Below, in pieces: positions 8,506 to 17,368 of a stretch of DNA of 40,270 nt. The stretch lies in UHGV virus genome UHGV-0384247; one strand, written 5' to 3'. Position 1 is the stretch's first letter. Every line of letters starts with the position of its first letter. The notes under the pieces were generated by a model that did not search any database, was not told where the DNA came from, and saw only the letters and a program-made list of their open reading frames with translations. The DNA comes from a virus. Made by a program: the position numbers and the translations under genes.

Positions 8506-9426
8506 ATGAAGAACAGAGAATTTATGATGTTACAGTTATTTGCGGCAGGAGACAACAATGATATGCCGATAAGGAGCTACCAGCTTGAGTTTAAAAGTCT
8601 TTTGCAGGCAGTATTTAAAAAGATGTCCTATTTCGCGGATTTTTTCGGCGGCGAAATTGAGGCACTTGATGGTGTTAGAGAGAATGAAACGGCCTTTTAT
8701 GTAAAGACATCGGATATCCCGGTTGTAGTGGGAACTGGGTACGATAAGACAGCTACGAAAGCGTTCGGAACAGGAACAGGAAGCTCTAGCCGTTTCGGTG
8801 AGAGAAAAGAGATTATCTACGCAAACACACCGGTTAATTATTCTTGGGAATGGAATTTCCATGAAGGAATTGACCGACACACCGTAAATAATGATTTTGA
8901 CGTTGCGGTAGCAGATCGCTTGGAACTGCAGGCGAGGGCTAAGACAAAGAAGTTTAACAAGCAGCACGGAAAATTTATTTCCACATCTGCAGGAAAAACT
9001 TTAAGTGTTACTGATTATACGGCAGACAATGTATTAAAGCTGTTTAATGAGCTGTCTAAGTATTTTAATAACATCGAAGCAGTTGGAACGAAAAAAATTA
9101 AGGTTTGTTCCGATCTGTACAATGCCGTCGTGGATCATCCTTTGAATACGACTGCTAAAAACTCCACTGTAAACATTGATGGCAATGAGGTTGTGAAGTT
9201 CAAGGGATTCCTTGTAGAGGAGATTCCGGATGAGCTCTTCAAGTCCAAAGAATGTGCCTATGCATATATTGCCGGAGTTGCAAAAGCATTTACTGGAATT
9301 AACACAGCGAGAACGATCGAATCCGAGGATTTTGACGGTGTAGCTTTGCAGGGAGCTGGTAAGGCTGGAGAATTTATTCCGAATGACAACAAGAAAGCTG
9401 TAGTTAAAGTGTCGGTGGGGGAATAG
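8506..9426 (+). CDS. major capsid protein (HK97 fold, 80alpha/SPP1-like)
   Basis: about 306 aa directly after the scaffold; start ATG at 8506 with AAGGAGA 8 nt upstream (the track ORF begins at 8464 inside the scaffold gene); N-terminal MMLQLFA propeptide-like motif. Confidence 0.7.
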   Translation: MKNREFMMLQLFAAGDNNDMPIRSYQLEFKSLLQAVFKKMSYFADFFGGEIEALDGVRENETAFYVKTSDIPVVVGTGYDKTATKAFGTGTGSSSRFGERKEIIYANTPVNYSWEWNFHEGIDRHTVNNDFDVAVADRLELQARAKTKKFNKQHGKFISTSAGKTLSVTDYTADNVLKLFNELSKYFNNIEAVGTKKIKVCSDLYNAVVDHPLNTTAKNSTVNIDGNEVVKFKGFLVEEIPDELFKSKECAYAYIAGVAKAFTGINTARTIESEDFDGVALQGAGKAGEFIPNDNKKAVVKVSVGE

Positions 9427-9497
9427 CACCCCCTGAAGACCTCGCCTTGGTAGGCAGGGGGAAAGTCGGAAAGGCAAAAGTAGGAAAAGTAAAATAG
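9408..9497 (+). other. -1-frame open segment across the capsid stop, encoding the C-terminal extension peptide ...SVGGGIAPPEDLALVGRGKVGKAKVGKVK*
   Basis: no ATG in this frame; shares the GGGGGAATA context and a near-identical peptide with the segment at the major tail gene stop. Confidence 0.5.
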
Positions 9498-9516
9498 TAT
9501 AATGGAGGTATTAAAA

Positions 9517-9837
9517 ATGGCATATACACCAACTACATGGAATAATGATGACGTTATTACAGCGGAGAAACTGAATAAGTTAGAGCAGGGCGTGAAGAAT
9601 GAGCAGATTGGACCAGCAGGACCAGCAGGACCAAAAGGCGAAAAAGGCGATCCGGGTGCGCAGGGACCTGCTGGAACAAGTTACACTCTTCCAGCAGCAA
9701 ACAAGACAACGCTTGGCGGTGTGAAACAGATGTCTTTGATTGCAGATTTGTCCACAGAAACAGGGGCTGATTTAAAAAATAAAATCAATGCAATTCTTGC
9801 TGAAATGAAAAAACAGGGTATCATGGCGAATTCGTAA
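9517..9837 (+). CDS. small collagen-like (Gly-X-Y) protein, possible head decoration or fibre
   Basis: GPAGPAGPKGEKGDPGAQGPAG tract; ATG at 9517 with GGAGG and an 8-nt spacer. Confidence 0.5.
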   Translation: MAYTPTTWNNDDVITAEKLNKLEQGVKNEQIGPAGPAGPKGEKGDPGAQGPAGTSYTLPAANKTTLGGVKQMSLIADLSTETGADLKNKINAILAEMKKQGIMANS

Positions 9838-9851
9838 GGAGTTGAAATTGA

Positions 9852-10172
9852 ATGCTGGATGATTTAAAAAAACTTCTTGGAATCGAGGATGATTCTCTTG
9901 ATCAGAAACTGGAGTTGATACTCAGATCTGTGCAGGGGCGACTAAAGCTCCTGCTCGGAGGAATTGAAGTACCGCAAGAAATGAATCACATTGTCGTGGA
10001 AGTGGCAGTGATCCGGTTCAATCGGTTGGGTTCCGAGGGTATGTCATCACACAATGTTGAGGGAGAGAATATGTCCTACAATGACAATGATTTTGATGGA
10101 TTTATGAATGAGATACAGGCTTTTCTTGACTCACAAAAAGAATCAAAACGAGGAAGGGTGAGATTTATTTGA
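9852..10172 (+). CDS. head-tail connector protein (gp6/gp15-like)
   Basis: 106 aa; position and size; N-terminus LDDLKKLLGIEDDSLD is typical of this family. Confidence 0.55.
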   Translation: MLDDLKKLLGIEDDSLDQKLELILRSVQGRLKLLLGGIEVPQEMNHIVVEVAVIRFNRLGSEGMSSHNVEGENMSYNDNDFDGFMNEIQAFLDSQKESKRGRVRFI

Positions 10173-10483
10173 GATGCGATACAGAAGTTTTCTTTCAGTC
10201 GATCGTACCTGGGGAGTATGACGAAGCTACCGGGGATTATAGAGATGATACAGTATCAGAAGAGAAAAGACACGCCAGTGTGACAGATACCGGCACAGAG
10301 ACAATGAACCTTGTATATGGATCCATAAATCAGGGAAGCAAGACGGTGCGGCTACAGACGCATTACAAAAAGTCGTTTGATTGTATCCGGATAGGCAACG
10401 CCTTATACAGAGTGGATTTTGAACGAAAACTGCGAACAAAGCACGTGTTTGTAGTATCGGAGGTGCAAAGTGGCAGAAATTAA
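10169..10483 (+). CDS. head closure / head-tail adaptor protein (gp16-like)
   Basis: 104 aa; overlaps the upstream stop; position. Confidence 0.45.
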   Translation: MRCDTEVFFQSIVPGEYDEATGDYRDDTVSEEKRHASVTDTGTETMNLVYGSINQGSKTVRLQTHYKKSFDCIRIGNALYRVDFERKLRTKHVFVVSEVQSGRN

Positions 10484-10853
10484 ATTTGAGGGAATCGCAA
10501 AGCTGAATAAAGGCTTAAGAAAGCGAATGGATATGAGTGCGGTCAAGAGCACCGTAAAATTGAACGGCTCTGAGATGGAATCAAGGGCGAAAAGAAACGC
10601 AGTATTCAAAGGGCATTACGCATGGGAAGAAGGAAAAGGCATGGTATTCAAAAAGCCGACAGGGAATTTGAAACGGAGTATAGATTTAGAAATATCTCCG
10701 AATGGACTGAAGGCTACTGTGGAACCGAAGGCAGAGTATGCTGCTTATGTAGAATTAGGCACTCGTAAGATGGAAGCCCAACCCTATTTAAAACCCGCAT
10801 TTGAGGAGCAGAAGAAACAGTTTGAAAAAGATTTACAAAAGCTTGTGAGGTGA
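10470..10853 (+). CDS. HK97 gp10-like tail component
   Basis: 127 aa; N-terminal MAEIKFEGIAKLNKGL pattern; position. Confidence 0.5.
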   Translation: MAEIKFEGIAKLNKGLRKRMDMSAVKSTVKLNGSEMESRAKRNAVFKGHYAWEEGKGMVFKKPTGNLKRSIDLEISPNGLKATVEPKAEYAAYVELGTRKMEAQPYLKPAFEEQKKQFEKDLQKLVR

Positions 10854-10856
10854 GAC

Positions 10857-11252
10857 ATGGATCCACAGCAAGAATTATTTACAGAATTATTTACAGAATT
10901 ACTTACAGAGATCAAAAAAATAGGATATGACGTATACGACGGCTTCTTACCGCCGGATGGTACGCCGTATCCTTTTGTTTATCTTGCAGATAGCCAGCAG
11001 ACGGACGATGCCAATAAAACGGCTGTGTTTGGCAATGTGTATCAGACCATTCACGTCTGGCACAACAATCCAAGACAGAGGGGAACGGTGTCAAAAATGT
11101 TGCTGGCGATTAAAAATGTGTGCAGAAGAATGGATCATACCGAAAATTTTGCATGGAATGTCCGGAATGTAAATCAAAGAATTTTACCGGACACAACAAC
11201 AAAGCAGCCTCTTTTACATGGGTTGCTAGAAATAGAATTTAGTTTTAGTTAG
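10857..11252 (+). CDS. tail completion protein (gp17-like); contains a 3x 12-bp tandem repeat encoding ELFTELFTELLTE
   Basis: 131 aa; position before the major tail gene; repeat read at 10871-10906. Confidence 0.45.
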   Translation: MDPQQELFTELFTELLTEIKKIGYDVYDGFLPPDGTPYPFVYLADSQQTDDANKTAVFGNVYQTIHVWHNNPRQRGTVSKMLLAIKNVCRRMDHTENFAWNVRNVNQRILPDTTTKQPLLHGLLEIEFSFS

Positions 11253-11266
11253 AGAGGAGAAAAAGC

Positions 11267-11794
11267 ATGTTTGAGACAGGATTACAGTTATTTGCAGAGG
11301 CGGTATCTGGCAAGAAAATTGTATATTTGTACCGCCTTGCAGAAAAAGCGAAACAGGAAGCAGCAAAGAATCTTGCGTTTACAACGGAGAATGGAAGAAC
11401 CAAGAGTAAGGATGCAGATTCTACTGCAACGAAAGACGGTACAATCCGTACACCAGGAGCTGCGGAGACAGAAATTACAGCCACTGCTGTTTTGGCAAAA
11501 GGCGATAAATTGATCACAGAACTTGAGGACGCTATGGATTCCGATAAACTTCTTGAAATTTGGGAAGTAAACCTTGAAGAAGCAGCGGAAGCGGGTCCGA
11601 ATAAATTTAAGGGAATGTATTTCCAAGGATATCTCACAGAAGTTGAGGTCACGTCTTCTGCAGATGAGAATGTGGAAGTATCCCTTACTTTTGGCATCAA
11701 CGGATCAGGTAAACGCGGAGATGTAACCGTGACAACGCAGCAGCAGGAAATCGCGAATTACGTGTTTAAGGACAGCGTGAAAGAGGGGGAATAA
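11267..11794 (+). CDS. major tail (tube) protein
   Basis: 175 aa; RBS GAGAGGAGA; position between the tail-completion gene and the chaperone pair; threonine-rich. Confidence 0.65.
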   Translation: MFETGLQLFAEAVSGKKIVYLYRLAEKAKQEAAKNLAFTTENGRTKSKDADSTATKDGTIRTPGAAETEITATAVLAKGDKLITELEDAMDSDKLLEIWEVNLEEAAEAGPNKFKGMYFQGYLTEVEVTSSADENVEVSLTFGINGSGKRGDVTVTTQQQEIANYVFKDSVKEGE

Positions 11795-11862
11795 TGCCCT
11801 CTGACGATGTAGCCTTAATCGGCAGAGGTAAAGTAGGAAAGGCAAAAGTAGGAAAAGAATAG
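11770..11862 (+). other. -1-frame open segment across the major tail gene stop, encoding ...GGIMPSDDVALIGRGKVGKAKVGKE*
   Basis: paralogous to 9408-9497; same GGGGGAATA context. Confidence 0.5.
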
Positions 11863-11916
11863 ATCATGTACATAGAGGGCGGCAAGACCGCTCTCTTTTT
11901 AATGGAGGAATAAAAA

Positions 11917-12327
11917 ATGATGGAATTAACAATTAACGGACAGGTGTACCAGTTTAACTTTGGAATGGGATTTTTGAGAGAAATCAACAAGCAGACGAAT
12001 ATGCCTGTGGATGGATTGCCGGGAGTAAAAAAAGACGTAGGATTCCGGTATGCGCTTATGAACTTAATAAATGGTGATCCGGATGCATTGGTAAACATTC
12101 TTGATGTTGCGAATAAAGGGCAGAATCCGAGAGTGACAAGAGGCCTTTTGGATGAGTATATCGACGATGAGGACACAGATATTGATGAGCTTACAGAAAC
12201 AGTAATGGGTTTCTTGAAGAGTGCCAATGCTACGAAAAAAGCTACAAAAGAGATTGTGGACGCTGTGGAGAAAGAGAAACAGAGAATGGAAGAGGAAGAA
12301 GCGAAGAAGAGAGAGTTGATGATGTAG
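11917..12327 (+). CDS. tail assembly chaperone (gpG-like)
   Basis: 136 aa between the major tail and tape measure genes; acidic C-terminus. Confidence 0.6.
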   Translation: MMELTINGQVYQFNFGMGFLREINKQTNMPVDGLPGVKKDVGFRYALMNLINGDPDALVNILDVANKGQNPRVTRGLLDEYIDDEDTDIDELTETVMGFLKSANATKKATKEIVDAVEKEKQRMEEEEAKKRELMM

Positions 12328-12665
12328 ATTTTGAAGAATCCTACAGAGAGGCGGCGTTGAATTGTTTCCGATATCTTGGCTTTAAAAGCTTTGAAGAAGT
12401 GGATAGGTTGACAATTCCAGAATACACCCTGCTCATGGAGGCTGTGCAGCTAAGAGAAGTAGACAGGGACTACCGAAATCATCTGCAGGCATTCTTAAAT
12501 TTTGCTGTAAAAGCAGAGAAAAAGGTTGGAAAGAATAGGTCGAAACCAGTGTATCAGAGATTCAGAAAATTCTTTGATTACGAAAAAGAAGTGGATCGCA
12601 TAAAGAGCCGCAAGAAGAAAAATGAAAGATTAGACATAATCGGCAGGATGATGAAAGGAGAGTGA
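12189..12665 (+). CDS. gpT-like segment in the -1 frame (predicted G-T fusion product made by programmed frameshift)
   Basis: frame -1 relative to the G ORF is open from 12189 to 12665 and overlaps the 3' end of G; an AAAAAAG run lies at 12235-12241. Confidence 0.5.
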   Translation, partial: AYRNSNGFLEECQCYEKSYKRDCGRCGERETENGRGRSEEERVDDVDFEESYREAALNCFRYLGFKSFEEVDRLTIPEYTLLMEAVQLREVDRDYRNHLQAFLNFAVKAEKKVGKNRSKPVYQRFRKFFDYEKEVDRIKSRKKKNERLDIIGRMMKGE

Positions 12666-12669
12666 TGGC

Positions 12670-15600
12670 ATGGCAGAAAGTTATTCAGTAAAGGCAATAT
12701 TATCTGCACAGGATAGAGGATTTACGTCTGCTTTCAAATCTGCAATGGGTACCGTAAGCAATTTAAAAAGCACGCTCACGAGTGGAATAGGGTTCGGGAT
12801 CATGGCCGGAATTGGGCAAAAGGCATTTGGTGCTGTCACATCCAGTATTGGTGGTATGGTGTCAGAGTTAAATTCTTCCAGCGCTGCATGGAAAACATTT
12901 AATGGAAACATGTCGATGGTTGGCAAAGGCGCTGACGAGATTGCATCTGTAAAAAAGGAATTGCAAGAGTTTGCAGAAGATACTATTTACAGCGCATCTG
13001 ATATGGCGAGTACTTATGCTCAGCTGAGTGCAGTAGGTATTAAAAGCACGAACAAGCTTGTAAAGGGATTCGGAGGGCTTGCGGCGGCAGCTGAGAATCC
13101 AAAACAGGCAATGAAAACTTTAAGCCAGCAAGCTACACAGATGGCAGCGAAACCAACGGTTGCATGGGCAGACTTTAAACTTATGATCGAACAGACTCCG
13201 GCTGGTATATCGGCAGTCGCAAAAGAAATGGGCATGACTACCACGGAGCTGGTGCAGAATGTGCAGGACGGAAAAATCGCGACAGAAGATTTCTTTGATG
13301 CTATCGCAAAAGTCGGCACAAATGACGCATTTACGAAGCTTGCTACAGAGTATAAGACTGTAGATCAGGCAATGGATGGTCTGACCGAAACAGTAAGTAA
13401 TAAGCTGGCACCGTCATTTGATGTTTTATCCGGTCGAGCGATTAAATCTTTGGACGGGATAATCAATAAAATTGGAGATCTTGATGGAGATGCAATCGCA
13501 GGGAAATTAACTGGATTTCTCGATAAAGCAAGTGGATACTGGAATGTTTTAAAGACAGAGGTTTCCGAAATAAAGGCTGCTTTTGGAGATGCCTTTTCTG
13601 CAATCGGAGAAGATTTGGGGAAGATTACTGGTGCATTTGGCTCCACGGAAAGCATCAGTTCTTTTGCTGGTGTAATGGACTCTGCGAGTGGGGCATTGCA
13701 AACATTTGCCGGATTCCTGAAAGAACATTCGGAGACCATCGCGAAAGTGATATCAAAACTCCCACAGCTTTTCGTTGCATATAAAGGCTTTAAGATTGCG
13801 AAAAGTGTTGCTCCATTTGTAGGCGCATTCACGAGTGCGATTGCCGGCCTTGCCGGAGCTGGAATAAGTAAAATCGCTGGGAAATTATTCGGAATTTCCA
13901 AAGGACAGAGAGCAGTTGAGGTATCGAGCAAGACGAGCGTAAAAGGAGTAACCTCTTTAAAAGAAGGCTTTAATTCACTTCAAAAAAGTGCTGGTATTGC
14001 CTTAATAGTAAGCGCCTTAGCTGGTTTTGCACTTGCGGTAAAACCGCTGGCAGAATTAGGAACAACCGCTGTTGCTCCGCTTGCTGCATTCGGAGTTGTT
14101 GTCGGTGGTTTAGCAATCATACTTGGAACTATGGGAAAGAAACTGCAGGAAAGTGCAGTTGGCATTGCGGTGTTTGCTGGTGCGGTATCAGCAATGGCAT
14201 TATCCATGACACCTCTTGCTAAAACTGGTACAGACGGAGCTGTTGCAATGGGAACATTCGGAGTTGTTATCGGTGGTTTGGTTGCAGTATTTGCGGTATT
14301 TGGGACGGCTCTGACAGCTGCTATACCAGCGATGCTTGCTTTCGGCGCAACCATCCTTATGGTTGGTGCTGGAATGTCTCTGGCAACGCCTTTTGTTGAA
14401 GCACTAGGAAGCGTAATTCAAATACTTGGAGATGTTGTTGTTCAAGTAATAGGGGTAATCACTGGTGCTATCGTAGCTATCTTCCCAGTATTCGGAAATT
14501 TTGTGTCAACTGTTTCTGATTCAGTTAGCCAAATAGTATCAGTTGTTGGCAATACACTTGTAAATATTTTTAAAACTGCCGGGGACATCATTACAGGTGT
14601 TATTGATTCATTAGGGGATGGGTTTAAAAAAGTCACAGACGGGATTTCGAAAGTTATAGATTCAATTAGTGGTGGATTTTCCAGTGTTTTGGATTCTGTT
14701 GCTGGAATCATTGACTCAATCGGAAACTCTGCCAAAAATGCTGGCAAAGGATTCGAGAGCGTAGCTGACGGTATCAACACGATTGCTAGTCTATCTATTG
14801 TAGATATAGCAAAGGCACTCGGATCGGTAGCTATTGGTCTCGGAGAAATTTCTGCAAAAGGAAAAGGAATTGGTACCGTTGCAGATGGACTTAACGGAGT
14901 TATTGGAGCAATTACAATTGCATCGGTGCAGATTTCAATGTTTTCAGGAACTCTTACGCAACTAAATTCAACGGCCGTTCAAATTCCTACTAGCATGGCT
15001 ATGATTAGCGGAGCATTAGCAAGTTTTTCAATTCCTGTTATAGATACTGGCAGTATCATGGCAGCATTTGCTTCTATTAGTGCAGGTGCGGAAGCGCTGG
15101 TAGCACAACTGGATTCTTCGGCCGCGAAAGCCGGGGCGCAATTTTCAAAAGCGCTTACTAACGGTATGAATTCAGCTGCTAATTCCGTGCAGCGTGGTGT
15201 TTCTAAAATTACGTCATCTGCTAATAAACTTATTTCAATGCTGACGAATATTGCAACGCAGGCAATGAGCCAATTTAATTCCGCTCTATCCTCCGGTGCA
15301 AGTAGGGCAACTTCTACGGCGAGATCAATGTCAACGTCCATTTTGTCAGCACTTAACAGCACTTCATCTGGTGCTTATTCTTGCGGCGTGTATATTGGAC
15401 AGGGACTTGCAAAAGGCATGGCATCTACACTTGGATATATCAGATCAGTTGCAGAACAAATGGCTGCGGCTGCAGATGCGGCAGTCAGGGCAAAAGCAAA
15501 AATCCACAGTCCGTCAAGAGTATTTGCTGGGCTTGGTGTCTATGTAGGAGAGGGATTTGCGCTTGGAATTGAGTCGATGTCCAGAAAGGTTACAGAAGCT

Positions 15601-15843
15601 ACGCAGAGTATTGTTGAGATCCCAACATTATCCACAGATATGAGGATGCGAGCTTCCGGTGCCGGAGATTCTGAACTTTCCGGTGATTATTCCTATAACA
15701 GAAATGTTACATACACAATCGTTGTGCCGGTTGAATATAACGGCAGAGAAGCAGCGCGTGTTACGGCGGAATTTACGCAGAAAGATCTGGAAAGACGTGA
15801 GAGCATGAAGATGAGACTGAAAGGAGAAAGAAGCCATGTATGA
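12670..15843 (+). CDS. tape measure protein
   Basis: 1057 aa; Ala/Gly/Ser-rich with multiple hydrophobic segments; position. Confidence 0.9.
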   Translation: MAESYSVKAILSAQDRGFTSAFKSAMGTVSNLKSTLTSGIGFGIMAGIGQKAFGAVTSSIGGMVSELNSSSAAWKTFNGNMSMVGKGADEIASVKKELQEFAEDTIYSASDMASTYAQLSAVGIKSTNKLVKGFGGLAAAAENPKQAMKTLSQQATQMAAKPTVAWADFKLMIEQTPAGISAVAKEMGMTTTELVQNVQDGKIATEDFFDAIAKVGTNDAFTKLATEYKTVDQAMDGLTETVSNKLAPSFDVLSGRAIKSLDGIINKIGDLDGDAIAGKLTGFLDKASGYWNVLKTEVSEIKAAFGDAFSAIGEDLGKITGAFGSTESISSFAGVMDSASGALQTFAGFLKEHSETIAKVISKLPQLFVAYKGFKIAKSVAPFVGAFTSAIAGLAGAGISKIAGKLFGISKGQRAVEVSSKTSVKGVTSLKEGFNSLQKSAGIALIVSALAGFALAVKPLAELGTTAVAPLAAFGVVVGGLAIILGTMGKKLQESAVGIAVFAGAVSAMALSMTPLAKTGTDGAVAMGTFGVVIGGLVAVFAVFGTALTAAIPAMLAFGATILMVGAGMSLATPFVEALGSVIQILGDVVVQVIGVITGAIVAIFPVFGNFVSTVSDSVSQIVSVVGNTLVNIFKTAGDIITGVIDSLGDGFKKVTDGISKVIDSISGGFSSVLDSVAGIIDSIGNSAKNAGKGFESVADGINTIASLSIVDIAKALGSVAIGLGEISAKGKGIGTVADGLNGVIGAITIASVQISMFSGTLTQLNSTAVQIPTSMAMISGALASFSIPVIDTGSIMAAFASISAGAEALVAQLDSSAAKAGAQFSKALTNGMNSAANSVQRGVSKITSSANKLISMLTNIATQAMSQFNSALSSGASRATSTARSMSTSILSALNSTSSGAYSCGVYIGQGLAKGMASTLGYIRSVAEQMAAAADAAVRAKAKIHSPSRVFAGLGVYVGEGFALGIESMSRKVTEATQSIVEIPTLSTDMRMRASGAGDSELSGDYSYNRNVTYTIVVPVEYNGREAARVTAEFTQKDLERRESMKMRLKGERSHV

Positions 15844-17368
15844 GTTTGTGGATACAAATAAGGCGGGGAGCAAGAGTTCCCTGCCGAGTGAGGCTCTGCA
15901 GATTGATGGGACATATATTGAAAATTTGATTGATGGATACAGAACTCTGTACGTGACCGGTCGTGAGCTTTTGGGATCGGAAATTTCGGAGAGAGAAATT
16001 GATCTTGTGGATGGGTCCGAGTATACGGGAAAGCGAGATACAACCAGAAGTATTACAGTTGGATACCAGTTGCTTTGCACATCTCCTAGAGAGTTTCAGG
16101 AAAAATTCAACAAACTCTCTGGAATCTTAAATAAGGAACAGGCAAAGCTGATTTTTGCAGATGAACCGGATAAATATTTTATCGGGACGAAATCAAGTGT
16201 AGGAGATGTGGAGCCAGGCAGATTGAACGTAAAAAGCGAATTTACTTTTTATTGTTGTGATCCACGGAAATATTCAGCAGCGGAAAAATCGTTTACTGCC
16301 CATCAGGAAAGCGGATATCAGACGCTTACTATTGTAAATGGTGGTACAGAATCCGTTCCGGTAAGCTACGATATCACTCACAACCATGAAAATGGATTTA
16401 TTGGGATTGCCAGTAAATACGGTGCAATACAACTCGGCAAGATCGAAGAAGCAGACGGCGAAGACTATAAGGCGTCAGAGATACTGTCAGAGGGGTATAG
16501 CCTGTTTCAAGACGATCACGGTACTTCTCATCAAAATCCGGAGAATACCACACAAGGAACGCTGGAAGTGCGGGACGTTGCCGGATACAGCGTAATGGCT
16601 TTAAAGGGTGGGCAGGCTACGAACGGACACTGGAACGGCGGAATGAGAACACTTACTATCCCGGTTGACAGCGAGGGCAGACGTGGGGCAAAGAACTTTT
16701 ACTGTTACACGCAGCACTGGTTCGAGACTGGATTGATGGGACAGACGGGAGCACAGACTATTGCGTTTCTTACAGGGGAAAATGAAGTGATCTGCTCTAT
16801 GTCTATTAACAAGAGTGATACGGTTGGTAATACGGCGCATGTGGACTGGTTCGCACCACAAAACAAGAAGATCAAGACACTGGATTTCCAGCCGACAGCT
16901 TATGAGGGAAACCCGTTTAATTTAAAGATGGGTGGCGGTCATAATGATTTTTTAAAAGAGGGTGACAGGCTACGGATTTTTTGGTACGGTCAGTATTATT
17001 ATTTTACTATCCCGGAGATTAAAGACATGGCGTGTGAGAAGATACAGGTCTGGATCGGGCAGTGGGGAGACCGGAATCTCGGGAATCAGCTGGTTACGCA
17101 TAACTATCTTAAAAAAATCTGGTTCCGCAAAGATAACGTGGAAAAATACAGAGATGTGCCGAACCGGTATAAGTCCGGAGATGTGGTCTATATTGATGGA
17201 AATGATACAGCGGTTTATGTAAACGGGATGAAGCGGATGGAAGATGAAATCCGAGGAAGTAAGCATTTTCTGGTACCGCCGGGAGAGACGGAGATCCAGT
17301 TCTCCTACTCGGCATTTAGCAGTCCGCCGCCAACGATTAAAGCAAAAATAAGGGAGGCATATTTATAA
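15836..17368 (+). CDS. distal tail protein (Dit)
   Basis: 510 aa directly after the tape measure gene, overlapping its stop. Confidence 0.6.
   Translation: MYEFVDTNKAGSKSSLPSEALQIDGTYIENLIDGYRTLYVTGRELLGSEISEREIDLVDGSEYTGKRDTTRSITVGYQLLCTSPREFQEKFNKLSGILNKEQAKLIFADEPDKYFIGTKSSVGDVEPGRLNVKSEFTFYCCDPRKYSAAEKSFTAHQESGYQTLTIVNGGTESVPVSYDITHNHENGFIGIASKYGAIQLGKIEEADGEDYKASEILSEGYSLFQDDHGTSHQNPENTTQGTLEVRDVAGYSVMALKGGQATNGHWNGGMRTLTIPVDSEGRRGAKNFYCYTQHWFETGLMGQTGAQTIAFLTGENEVICSMSINKSDTVGNTAHVDWFAPQNKKIKTLDFQPTAYEGNPFNLKMGGGHNDFLKEGDRLRIFWYGQYYYFTIPEIKDMACEKIQVWIGQWGDRNLGNQLVTHNYLKKIWFRKDNVEKYRDVPNRYKSGDVVYIDGNDTAVYVNGMKRMEDEIRGSKHFLVPPGETEIQFSYSAFSSPPPTIKAKIREAYL

Noticed and set aside
9426-9497. 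The 22-nt shared sequence GGAAAGGCAAAAGTAGGAAAAG after the capsid and tail genes, read as a non-coding repeat (e.g. terminator or RNA element)
   Set aside because: The two copies differ mainly at third positions of one reading frame while the encoded peptide is conserved, and no hairpin or U-tract is present. A coding -1-frame extension fits better (see first finding).
12681-15362. Several 80-190-aa minus-strand ORFs over the tape measure gene (e.g. 13365-13931, 13980-14354, 14979-15362)
   Set aside because: They are antisense frames of an Ala/Gly/Ser-rich gene, open because of low complexity. They have no starts with RBS and would conflict with the continuous late operon.
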